A stretch of 26,160 nt of DNA from Acidimicrobiia bacterium (GTDB taxonomy: Bacteria; Actinomycetota; Acidimicrobiia; Spongiisociales; UBA5794): contig JAUVPA010000001.1 in assembly GCA_030598905.1 (NCBI GenBank), positions 1 through 26,160 of the forward strand. Reading direction: 5' to 3'. The notes under the pieces were generated by a model. The model made no database searches, was not told the DNA's origin, and saw nothing but the letters and a program-made list of their open reading frames with translations. The position numbers were made by a program, and so were the translations under genes. This document shows, piece after piece, positions 9,380-16,910 of the stretch (position 1 is its first letter; every line of letters begins with the position of its first letter).

Positions 9380-10076
9380 AGAGCCCGACGTCGGCGGCGT
9401 CGCACACCTCTTCGGCATCGAAGGGGCGGCTGAAGCTTCTGGACCGACGGCCGTCGTCGACACGTTCCGCGCCTTCACCACGGCGGCGTATCTGCTCGAT
9501 GCCGGTGCGTCCGACATCATGCTGGCGTCCGAGCTCGATCAGGCGAGGGAGATGGCATCTCGCCACAACGGCTCACTCCTGTGCGGTGAGGACCAGGGAA
9601 GGCGACCCGCCGACTTCGACCTCGGAAACTCGCCCGGTGAGGTTCTCGACCGCACGGACATCGACGGAGCCACCATCGTCATGCGGACATCTGGTGGCAC
9701 AAGATGTGTGCTTGCTGCGATCGGCGCCGGCGCATCGCCCGTATTCGGCGCCAGCCTCGTCGTGGCTTCGGCAACCGCTCGCAACCTTCCCGCCGGCTCG
9801 AGCGCGATCGTGGCGGCCGGCCGCAATGGAACACTTCCGGTGATCGAGGACGACGAGACCGCACGGGTCATTGCAGCTGCGATATCGGGAGTCACGCTTC
9901 CACCCGACCTCGACCTCATCCGGGCCAGCGAATCGGCTGAGCGGTTGCGCATCGAGCGATGGGCCCACCCAGACGATCTCGAGCTGTGCCTCCGCCACGA
10001 CCTTTTCGACTTTGCTCTTCCGGCCGAACAAAGGGGAGGCGTCGTCCATCTCGGTCGCCTCGCGGCCAAGTTTTGA
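9372..10076 (+). CDS. comB: 2-phosphosulfolactate phosphatase (ComB)-family protein
   Basis: VVVDTFRAFTTAAYL, LCGE...FDLGNSP, MRTSGGT, AAGRNG...IEDD. Overlaps the Mo-subunit stop by 8 bp. Confidence 0.8.
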   Translation: MNREPDVGGVAHLFGIEGAAEASGPTAVVDTFRAFTTAAYLLDAGASDIMLASELDQAREMASRHNGSLLCGEDQGRRPADFDLGNSPGEVLDRTDIDGATIVMRTSGGTRCVLAAIGAGASPVFGASLVVASATARNLPAGSSAIVAAGRNGTLPVIEDDETARVIAAAISGVTLPPDLDLIRASESAERLRIERWAHPDDLELCLRHDLFDFALPAEQRGGVVHLGRLAAKF

Positions 10077-10083
10077 CGAAGGA

Positions 10084-10139
10084 GGGCGGGTCCGTCCTCC
10101 CCCCTCTAAAAGGGTCACCGGACGAACCCGCCCGTTTCT
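10084..10139 (+). terminator. Long hairpin, probable terminator of the Mo-subunit/comB operon
   Basis: Arms GGGCGGGTCCGTCC (10084-10097) and GGACGAACCCGCCC (10120-10133) pair at 13/14 positions, with an inner CCCT/AGGG stem, followed by GTTTCT. The U-tract is weak. Confidence 0.5.
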
Positions 10140-10239
10140 GCAGCGCTCGCGCAGGGATGGCGCAGCCACAGCGAACGCCGCAGACCCGTGACGATCTCAC
10201 CGACGCGTGACGCCACAACGGCGGGAACGTCAAGAGGTT

Positions 10240-10345
10240 CTTCGGCCTTCAAGCCGAGATCCCCCCTCGGCCGTACAGGGACAACCTACTCCCTGGGAAG
10301 AACTAGTCCCGATGTGATCCCCCCGAACTCCCCTTCTGAAGAACG
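10240..10345 (+). ncRNA. Candidate C-rich-loop small RNA (6C-like)
   Basis: Hairpin GCCGAG-ATCCCCC-CTCGGC, hairpin CAGGGA-CAACCTAC-TCCCTG, and a second GATCCCCCC motif at 10316-10324 followed by GAACTCCCC. No convincing CDS here. Boundaries and strand are uncertain. Confidence 0.35.
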
Positions 10346-10412
10346 GAGACCGTCGGTACTCTGATGTCCGGGCCAACGCGCACGTTATGTGCGCACATGT
10401 AGGGGGAAGGGC

Positions 10413-10655
10413 ATGCCGATGGCAGAGCCACCACGCGACACAGCTGATCAGGTCACCGAGCTGACGGATGACATCGCTGTCGACCTGACAGGCATCGACA
10501 ACTGGAAGGACGCTTCACGCTATCGGCGTCAGTCTGGAGCGCTTCCGCGTCTAGCGGACGATCCCGACTATTCCTCCGACAACGACGCGTTGCCGCATCC
10601 AAGCGAAGAACCCGCCGGGTTCATGGCCAAGCTGAGAGCCAAGATCGGCCGCTGA
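10413..10655 (+). CDS. Small acidic hypothetical protein (80 aa) sharing a motif with the DivIVA-domain protein tail
   Basis: SD GGGGGAAGGG at 10402-10411, candidate -10 TACTCT at 10357-10362, and the segment IAVDLT...SRYRRQSGALPRLADD. Confidence 0.65.
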   Translation: MPMAEPPRDTADQVTELTDDIAVDLTGIDNWKDASRYRRQSGALPRLADDPDYSSDNDALPHPSEEPAGFMAKLRAKIGR

Positions 10656-10723
10656 GACACCCGACGGCGCGGGATTGATTTGTTCTGCGGCGGTGGTCGC
10701 CGGCTCGAGTGAGGCGGACAACA

Positions 10724-10987
10724 TCAGCTCCAGCGCCGCGTGCTGCGGATCAGGCCACCGTCGACCGCCCAATCGTGACTCACGTGGGTGTGACGAAGGA
10801 TCAGAGTCGCAACGGCTGTCGTCGACGCCCAACCACCGACGAATGCCACCGTGATGAACGCTGGAGCAAACACGCTGGCGGCGAGCGCAGCCAATATCGC
10901 GACGACAAACCCGATGACGGCTCCAATGAGCAGGGTGCCGAATCGCGCTCTTGCCCTTCCCTGGGTTGTCTCGATCGCAGACATCAT
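10724..10987 (-). CDS. Small hypothetical membrane protein (2 TM)
   Basis: Basic N-terminus RARARF followed by two hydrophobic helices (GTLLIGAVIGFVVAILAALAASVF; AFITVAFVGGWASTTAVATLIL). Confidence 0.55.
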   Translation of the reverse strand: MMSAIETTQGRARARFGTLLIGAVIGFVVAILAALAASVFAPAFITVAFVGGWASTTAVATLILRHTHVSHDWAVDGGLIRSTRRWS

Positions 10988-11117
10988 GGGTGATGCATCG
11001 GGAACGATCCGTCGTGTCTGGAGGAGGTTTCAGGTTCGTCCCGAAGTAACTAGTCAGTCCCCACTTCGGCGCAAACGAGCCCTCAACTCGGCACCGAGAC
11101 AGCCGATATCAAAGGCC

Positions 11118-11294
11118 ATGAGGTGGAGGAAGCGCAAGGACGCCGCCCAAGAAGGCAAGTCGTTCTCGTACGAGGACAAGGCGCTCGATCGGCTTCGCGG
11201 AGTCGCCGCCATCGAGCATCCTTCTAGCGATCACGATGCTAAAGAGATCGAAGCGCGGATCCGCAACATGAACTACGGGACCAACCGGGAGTAA
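11118..11294 (+). CDS. Small hypothetical protein (58 aa)
   Basis: ATG after AAAGG; MRWRKRKDAAQEGKSFSYEDKALDRLRG...; GC3-rich codons; fills the gap between neighbours without overlap. Confidence 0.45.
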   Translation: MRWRKRKDAAQEGKSFSYEDKALDRLRGVAAIEHPSSDHDAKEIEARIRNMNYGTNRE

Positions 11295-11307
11295 CCGCTC
11301 GCTCCTC

Positions 11308-11823
11308 TCACCCCGTCGCAGGTGACTCCACTGCCGCGGGGCGATAGAACATCGCGATTTGAGCGGCGGCGACACCGATCCCAGCGACGGCCAGGGCCGC
11401 GCCGATCCAGCCGTCGAGAATCGTGTCTAACCCGAGAACGGCGTCGATGCTGGCGCTCCCCGGCCCCGCTATTGCCAGGGCAAACGCTGTGGCGGACAGT
11501 ACGAACACGTATTCCCAACCTTCATCCGGCCTTGCGGTCACCCAGAAGCCGACGTAACGGTGGACGCTCCAGAAGGCCACGGCCATTGTTCCGAGAAGAC
11601 CGGCAGCAGCGAACGACGTGAGCAGCCCGCCGATCAACAGGACACCGACGACGATTTCGGTTGCCGTTGAGAGGAACCATTGCATCTGCGGGGCTCGGAA
11701 CCCAATGCTCTCGAACCAGCGAGATGTCTTCGCTCGCCCTCTGGCGTGCTTGATCCCATGGGCGAGGAAGACCGCGCCCAACGCAACTCTGAGAATCAGT
11801 ACGGCAACGTCGGCTTCGTCCAT
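11308..11823 (-). CDS. DoxX-family membrane protein
   Basis: LILRVALGAVFLAHGIKH, TEIVVGVLLIGGLLT, EGWEYVFVL, GPGSASID. ATG at 11823 with SD GAAGGA; an in-frame upstream ATG exists at 11928. Confidence 0.85.
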   Translation of the reverse strand: MDEADVAVLILRVALGAVFLAHGIKHARGRAKTSRWFESIGFRAPQMQWFLSTATEIVVGVLLIGGLLTSFAAAGLLGTMAVAFWSVHRYVGFWVTARPDEGWEYVFVLSATAFALAIAGPGSASIDAVLGLDTILDGWIGAALAVAGIGVAAAQIAMFYRPAAVESPATG

Positions 11824-11973
11824 GACGGTTCCTTCTCGCTCGATGCTACCGAGAACGGACCGTTCGCCCAGGAATTCCCACTCGAGATCGGCAAACCCGG
11901 CCACCGACGCGGCATCGGGACTAGTCATCTCGCACCACCACAACCCTCCTAACGCTCAGCGTGGTCAGCAGCT

Positions 11974-11979
11974 ACACTC
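11974..11979 (+). promoter_or_regulatory. Candidate -10 element for the DivIVA-domain gene
   Basis: TACACT (TAnnnT) about 40 nt upstream of ATG 12019, which has SD GGGGAG. Confidence 0.45.
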
Positions 11980-12018
11980 CGTGGCAGCCGGGTTTTTGGA
12001 CTAATCGGGGAGTAGGGC

Positions 12019-13065
12019 ATGGAGCTCATCCCATCGGACGTTGAAGACAAGACGTTCAAGGTGGTGCGCAAGGGGTACGACCGTGATCAGGTTCACATCT
12101 TCCTGCGTGAGGTTGGTTATCAGATGTCGGGCCTGGCGGAGCGCGCCAAAATCGCCGCCGTTCGGGCGGACCAACTCGAACGCGAGATTCACGACGTTCG
12201 CCAAGCCGCAGACAACGTAGCCGGTGCCTACCAGCAGGCGCTCGAGGCGCGCCGCAAGCTCCTAGCCGATGCCGAAATCGAGGCCGCGCACATTCGTGCC
12301 GCCGCAGGCGGTGACGTGCCCGAGGACCTCGCACCTCTTCCGGCACCGGTATTGACCGAGCAGCAGGCGAGCATCGAGGCCCAGCAGATCCTTGCCGAGG
12401 CTCGAGAAGAAGCCAGCCGCAAGGATGCAGCGGCCGAAACGGTTCTGCAGCGGGCTCTCTCCGCCTCGGAGCGGATCGAGGACGAAAAGGCACTCATCGT
12501 CGCCGACGCGGTCGTCGAGGCCGACGAGATCCGTGCTCAGGCAGATCGCGACGCCAACGAGATTCGGAAGGGAGTGTCCACGGCAGCAGCCGAGACACGC
12601 CAATCCCTCGAAACGGAACAACGCGACCTCCTCGAGCAAGTCGCCCAACTGCAATCGACGCTCGATGAACTCGAAACACAGAAGATCACAGAGACCGAAG
12701 CGGTCGCCGCGCTCCAAGCAGCTGCCGTTGCCGCATCGGCAACGGCGTCGCCGGCAACGCCGGCTCGAAAAGCCGAGAAGCCGAAGAAGAAAACAAAATC
12801 CACAGCCAGGTCCCGCAAGGCGCGCCCTCCGGCAGAACCCGCTCCAACCAAAGAGAAGGAGCCCGCGGCTGCCGAGCCGGTCGTCACCGTGGATCTCACC
12901 ACCAGCAACGGATCATCGACAGAGGATCTCGAACCAGAACCCGTCGCCGCCGGGACCAAAGTTTCGCGCTACAAGGCCAGGTCGGCCAACCTGCCACGAA
13001 TTGGCGACGGCGCCGTTTCCGTTCTCGCCGATATGAAGGCCTTCAGGAAGAAGGACGGAGGCTGA
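12019..13065 (+). CDS. DivIVA-domain coiled-coil protein
   Basis: N-terminal DivIVA signature LIPSDVEDKTFKVVRKGYDRDQVHIFL, Ala/Glu-rich coiled coil, then a disordered Lys/Pro-rich region and a conserved-looking tail. Orthology to the housekeeping divIVA/wag31 is not established. Confidence 0.85.
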   Translation: MELIPSDVEDKTFKVVRKGYDRDQVHIFLREVGYQMSGLAERAKIAAVRADQLEREIHDVRQAADNVAGAYQQALEARRKLLADAEIEAAHIRAAAGGDVPEDLAPLPAPVLTEQQASIEAQQILAEAREEASRKDAAAETVLQRALSASERIEDEKALIVADAVVEADEIRAQADRDANEIRKGVSTAAAETRQSLETEQRDLLEQVAQLQSTLDELETQKITETEAVAALQAAAVAASATASPATPARKAEKPKKKTKSTARSRKARPPAEPAPTKEKEPAAAEPVVTVDLTTSNGSSTEDLEPEPVAAGTKVSRYKARSANLPRIGDGAVSVLADMKAFRKKDGG

Positions 13066-13080
13066 GCCGACTCCGGCTCA
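13063..13080 (+). terminator. Hairpin at the DivIVA-domain gene stop
   Basis: TGAGCCG-ACTC-CGGCTCA, a 7-bp stem that includes the stop codon. No U-tract. Confidence 0.3.
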
Positions 13081-13084
13081 GGCG

Positions 13085-13284
13085 AACATCGTCTTGGGCG
13101 CGGGCTGCCATGTCGGCGCCTCTGGGGAGGTACCGACGCAACAGCCCGTTGACGTTCTCGTTTCAACCCGCGGTTGCCGGCGTGACTTCTGGCAACGGAG
13201 GTATACCTGCACGCCGACATCGATAGTGACCGACGGCCGTCGCGGCGACCCGTCGCGGAGACGGGTCACGACAGCGTTCAGGGC
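13085..13284 (-). pseudogene. Degenerate IS30-family transposase fragment
   Basis: One frame gives ALNAVVTRL...SVTIDVGVQVYL. After two single-base insertions (CAA C CGC GGG TTG A AAC) a second frame gives NENVNGLLRRYLPRGADMAARAQDDV, matching the IS30 C-terminal catalytic motif (VYF..P.SPWQRG.NEN.NGLLRQY.PKG.D). No terminal inverted repeats seen. Confidence 0.8.
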
Positions 13285-13438
13285 TTGCGGCCTGCCCGCT
13301 CCGGGTCCGCTGGCATTCTGTATTCACGACAGTCACATTTCGGCACGGAGCAACCCTCTTGGTGATGCTCCCTGCGGGGATGCCCGCATCCCACGCATCG
13401 CTGCCTTCCACCGTCGATCTGCCGCGATGCAGCGCGCT

Positions 13439-13693
13439 TCAGCGTGACCGCTCTTTGGCAATGTTGACGGTGAGATCACGGCCGTCGACGTTGTGGCCGT
13501 TGAGCGCGTCGATCGCTGCTTTCGCCTCTTCCGACGATGCCATCTCAACGAAGCCGAAGCCGCGAGATCTGCCACTGTCGCGGTCGTTGATGACCTGTGC
13601 TTTCTTGACCTCACCATGCTGCGCGAAGAGCGTCTCGAGATCGGCCGACGTGGTGTTGAACGTGAGGTTTCCAACGTAGAGATTGCTGGACAT
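13439..13693 (-). CDS. RNA-recognition-motif (RRM) RNA-binding protein
   Basis: RNP-2 LYVGNL, RNP-1 RGFGFVEM, DRDSGRSRG. SD GAAGGAG. No Gly-rich tail. Confidence 0.95.
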   Translation of the reverse strand: MSSNLYVGNLTFNTTSADLETLFAQHGEVKKAQVINDRDSGRSRGFGFVEMASSEEAKAAIDALNGHNVDGRDLTVNIAKERSR

Positions 13694-13979
13694 GTGTGCT
13701 CCTTCTGAAGCGTTGAACCGTGGTGGGCGAACGCCCGCCTGATCTGCATTTCGGAACCGACGATCACGTCGGCAACAACCAGCATGTCCTGCGATGACTC
13801 CGCTGCACGGAACGAGGAAGCGGAGCCGGCGTTGTACGCGTCAAGCGTACGCTTTCGAGCGACGGTAGCGCATACCGTTCCCGTCGGAGTCACACGAAGA
13901 CGGACTCGAGCCCGTCAATTGCCTTCAAGACGACCGCGCCCCGATGCCACACCCGTCAACAGCTCGACGGATTCACCGT

Positions 13980-14732
13980 CTACGAGAACATCGTCTTCGG
14001 CTGCTCCTGAAGCTCGCCGTCGACGTAGATGTCGACTTTCTCGTTGTAGAAGCTGACGTACCCGGCGATCTCAGCAGACTCACGCAGCGGGGCCGTGTAG
14101 CCCCAGACGACGTTCTCCGTGACCTCGCCTTCGGTTTCGACGTTCCAGTATCCGGCCGTTCCCTTGTAAGGGCAGGCCGTTTGCAGATCGGTGGCAACCA
14201 GGTACTCCATCGCCACATCGGTCTTCGGCACGTAGTACCTCACAGGGAGGCCGGTCTCGAACAGGAGTTTCGGCTTGGTTGTATCGACTACCTTCACCCC
14301 GTCAACCACGACCTCGACATGTCGAGAGCTCTGCAAGATGTCAACCCTGGTGTACGGGTCCCTCGCATGGATGTACACCTCTTCGTCCTCCTCGAACCAA
14401 TGGTCCATTGAGGACCAGCGGAATGACACGTAGCCGTCGATCTCCTCGATATTCACTTCGGTCCAGACGCGAGCCGCGTTCTGCGCTTCATGGTTGTTGG
14501 CCTTGACGGTGTGCAGAGCTGCGGTTCCCCGGCTCGGCGACCGATGTGTCTCACCCGTCGGAACCAGCAGGTCGGAGCGGACATCCTCGGGTGGGAAGTA
14601 GTAGGTCGGGTAGTACGGCTTCTCCCACACCATCTTCACGGCGGTCGAATCGGCAACGAACACTCCACCGAGTTGTACCCGCACCCGCTTCATGCCATCT
14701 TCTACACGTACGCGACCTCGTTGTCCTGACAC
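13980..14732 (-). CDS. Tandem DUF427-domain protein
   Basis: Two repeats (VWEKPYYPTYYFPPEDV...SPSRG and LFETGLPVRYYVPKTDV...TACPYKG) joined by WFEEDEEVYIHARDPYTRVD. GTG start with GGAG SD. Confidence 0.85.
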   Translation of the reverse strand: MSGQRGRVRVEDGMKRVRVQLGGVFVADSTAVKMVWEKPYYPTYYFPPEDVRSDLLVPTGETHRSPSRGTAALHTVKANNHEAQNAARVWTEVNIEEIDGYVSFRWSSMDHWFEEDEEVYIHARDPYTRVDILQSSRHVEVVVDGVKVVDTTKPKLLFETGLPVRYYVPKTDVAMEYLVATDLQTACPYKGTAGYWNVETEGEVTENVVWGYTAPLRESAEIAGYVSFYNEKVDIYVDGELQEQPKTMFS

Positions 14733-14774
14733 GCTGACTCCATTCTCCGAAACGTCATTGGATCTGTTGAAGGC

Positions 14775-15353
14775 TCAACGCGCTGGAGCCCGGATCCCTT
14801 CCAGAATGAATGCCGACACGCGGTCGGTCAGGTCCACGCGATCCATCGGTCCGGTATCGCGGTACCAGCGGTCGAGAGCGTTCAAGATCGACAGGATGAA
14901 GATCGCCGACGTCTTGGGCTCGACGTCGTCGCGAAAGGAGCCGTCCGCGATCCCCGAGGCGATCGTGTCGCGGAACACGGACTCATAGCCGTCGCGTGCA
15001 GCGATCACTTGATCCCGATGGGCCTCGTCGAGTGCACCCGCTTCGTTGAGGAATGTGCGCACCTCATCTCGATGGTCGAGAACGACGTCGATGTGGCCGG
15101 CAATGAGCGCCTGTAAACGTCCGGTTGCTCCGCCAGTTGCCGACTCTGCCGACGCTACCGACGCTTGGAACTCGGCTGCCCCCCTGTCCACGACCTCGAG
15201 GAGGAGCGACTGCTTGCCGTCGATGTGGGCGTAGAGGGACGATCCCACCAAGCCGAGCTCGCGGCCGAGATCGCGCATGGAGGTGCCGTGGTAGCCACGC
15301 TCGGCAAAAAGGCGCCCGGCTGCGGCGACCACGTCGGTGCGTGAACGCTTCAT
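14775..15353 (-). CDS. paaR: TetR-family regulator, PaaR/KstR2-like
   Basis: HTH AAGRLFAERGYHGTSMRDLGRELGLVGSSLYAHIDGK. ATGA overlap with the paaE stop. A palindromic operator lies upstream of paaA. Confidence 0.85.
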   Translation of the reverse strand: MKRSRTDVVAAAGRLFAERGYHGTSMRDLGRELGLVGSSLYAHIDGKQSLLLEVVDRGAAEFQASVASAESATGGATGRLQALIAGHIDVVLDHRDEVRTFLNEAGALDEAHRDQVIAARDGYESVFRDTIASGIADGSFRDDVEPKTSAIFILSILNALDRWYRDTGPMDRVDLTDRVSAFILEGIRAPAR

Positions 15354-16417
15354 ACGTCGTACGTGATCTCGAGCTCTTCGGAGGTGGGGTGTGATTGGCA
15401 CGTGAGGATGTGCCCGGCGTCGAGCTCGTCTCGGGTGAGGCTCCAGTTCTTGTCCATGCGCACCTCACCATCGATCACCTGTGCCCTGCAGGTCGTGCAC
15501 ATTCCCCCACGACACGAGAACGGCAGCTCGCGCCGGACCTGGAGAGCGTGGTCGAGGATCGGTAGCCCGTTCGGGTCGACGAAGACGGTCGAGGCTCTGC
15601 CCTCGAGTGTAAAACGGACCTCGGTGAGGCCGGATGTGTCGTCCGGTTCGGGTGGCGGCGCTGTCACGGCCTCGTTGAAGAACAGCTCGGTGAAAACGTC
15701 TTCCTCAGCGACTCCGCGGGCGGCGAGCACTTCGTTGGCCGTCTCCACCAGTTCGTAGGGACCGCACAAGTACCACGCATCGACCGATGCGGCGTCGACA
15801 ACCGTCTCGAGCAGTTGGTCGAGCTTGACATGATCGATCCGCCCGAAGAACAGGGGAACTGCTCCCTCCTCCCGGCTCAGGACATGAACGAGATTGAAGC
15901 GGTCCGTGTGCCGATCCTTCAGACCCTCGAGCTCCTCGAGGAACATCACCGAGCGACTCGCCTGGTTGCCGAACACAAGTGTCAATCTGCTAGCCGGCTC
16001 CCCTTCCAAAATGGACGTTGCGAGTGAAATCACAGGCGTGATGCCCGACCCCGCCGCGACGGCTGCGATATGGCGCTGTGCACCCGAGTCGGGATGGACG
16101 GTGAACTCTCCAACGGGAGGCATCACATCGAGCTTCGTGCCCGGCTCGATGTGATCGTTGGCCCAATTCGAGAAGGCGCCACCGGCGAGACGCTTGATGC
16201 CGACGCGTAGGCGACCCGACGCCGGATCGGCGCAGATGCTGTAGCTGCGTCGAACGTCGTCCCCGTCAATCGACGTCCGGATCGTCACATGCTGTCCGGG
16301 ATCGAAGTCGAACGCTTCCTCCAGATCCGAAGGTACGTCGAGGGTTACGGCCACCGCGTCGTCGGTGAGCCGCTCCACTTCAGACACGGTCAGGGTGTGA
16401 AACTCGACAGCATCCAT
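15350..16417 (-). CDS. paaE: Phenylacetyl-CoA 1,2-epoxidase reductase subunit (FAD/NAD(P)H, 2Fe-2S)
   Basis: RRSYSIC, AAGSGITP, YLCGP, FSCRGGMCTTC...LTCQS. ATG at 16417 follows the paaD stop directly. Confidence 0.93.
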   Translation of the reverse strand: MDAVEFHTLTVSEVERLTDDAVAVTLDVPSDLEEAFDFDPGQHVTIRTSIDGDDVRRSYSICADPASGRLRVGIKRLAGGAFSNWANDHIEPGTKLDVMPPVGEFTVHPDSGAQRHIAAVAAGSGITPVISLATSILEGEPASRLTLVFGNQASRSVMFLEELEGLKDRHTDRFNLVHVLSREEGAVPLFFGRIDHVKLDQLLETVVDAASVDAWYLCGPYELVETANEVLAARGVAEEDVFTELFFNEAVTAPPPEPDDTSGLTEVRFTLEGRASTVFVDPNGLPILDHALQVRRELPFSCRGGMCTTCRAQVIDGEVRMDKNWSLTRDELDAGHILTCQSHPTSEELEITYDV

Positions 16418-16418
16418 G

Positions 16419-16910
16419 TCAGAGGGCCTTGAAGAGGTCAAAGGGCTCGCCACACGAGCTACACACCATCAACGCCTTGCACGCCGTCGACCCAAACTCA
16501 GAAACCATTCGGGTCTCATCCGACCGGCACAAGGGACATACAGCAGCCGATACCTGATACCCGATGCCCGACACCACCGGCTCCACAGGAGCCGGTCCCG
16601 CGATCCCGTAGTCCCGCAGCTTCACCTTTGCCTCCTCCGTCATCCAGTCCGTCGTCCATGCCGGCGAGAACACGGTCTCGATCGAGTAGTCGGAGAATCC
16701 GTTGGCCTCCAGGGTGGAAGCGATCTCACTGCGGATCAGATCCATTGCGGGACAACCCGAGTACGTCGGAGTGATCGTCACGAGGACACTCCCCTCTGAG
16801 ACGGCGACATCGCGCAGCACGCCGAGGTCGGCGATCGTCAGCACCGGGATCTCGGGGTCAACGACCTCGTCGAGAAGGAGCCGAACCTGGTCGTTGGTCG
16901 CGACGGTCAC
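16419..16910 (-). CDS. paaD: Phenylacetyl-CoA 1,2-epoxidase subunit D
   Basis: DPEIPVLTIADLG, TITPTYSGCPAM, WTTDWMT, CPLC...FGSTACKAL..C..C.EPF. GTG start overlaps the paaC stop (GTGA). Confidence 0.9.
   Translation of the reverse strand: MTVATNDQVRLLLDEVVDPEIPVLTIADLGVLRDVAVSEGSVLVTITPTYSGCPAMDLIRSEIASTLEANGFSDYSIETVFSPAWTTDWMTEEAKVKLRDYGIAGPAPVEPVVSGIGYQVSAAVCPLCRSDETRMVSEFGSTACKALMVCSSCGEPFDLFKAL

Noticed and set aside
9372-10076. Coenzyme M biosynthesis locus
   Set aside because: Only a ComB-family gene is present, with no comA/C/D/E; ComB homologues are widespread in bacteria that lack CoM.
10188-10200. CRP/GlxR-like site GTGA-CGATC-TCAC
   Set aside because: The spacer is 5 nt rather than the required 6.
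13081-13220. Long-range pairing (ATGTCGGCG/CGCCGACAT) suggesting a 6S-like RNA
   Set aside because: The same bases translate as an IS30 transposase motif, which is the simpler explanation, and no 6S-type central bubble or closing stem is evident.
13386-13432. Minus-strand GGUGGAAGGCAGC resembling SRP RNA helix 8
   Set aside because: It lacks the CAGG half of the internal loop, the bases flanking GGAA do not pair, and there is no enclosing long SRP stem.
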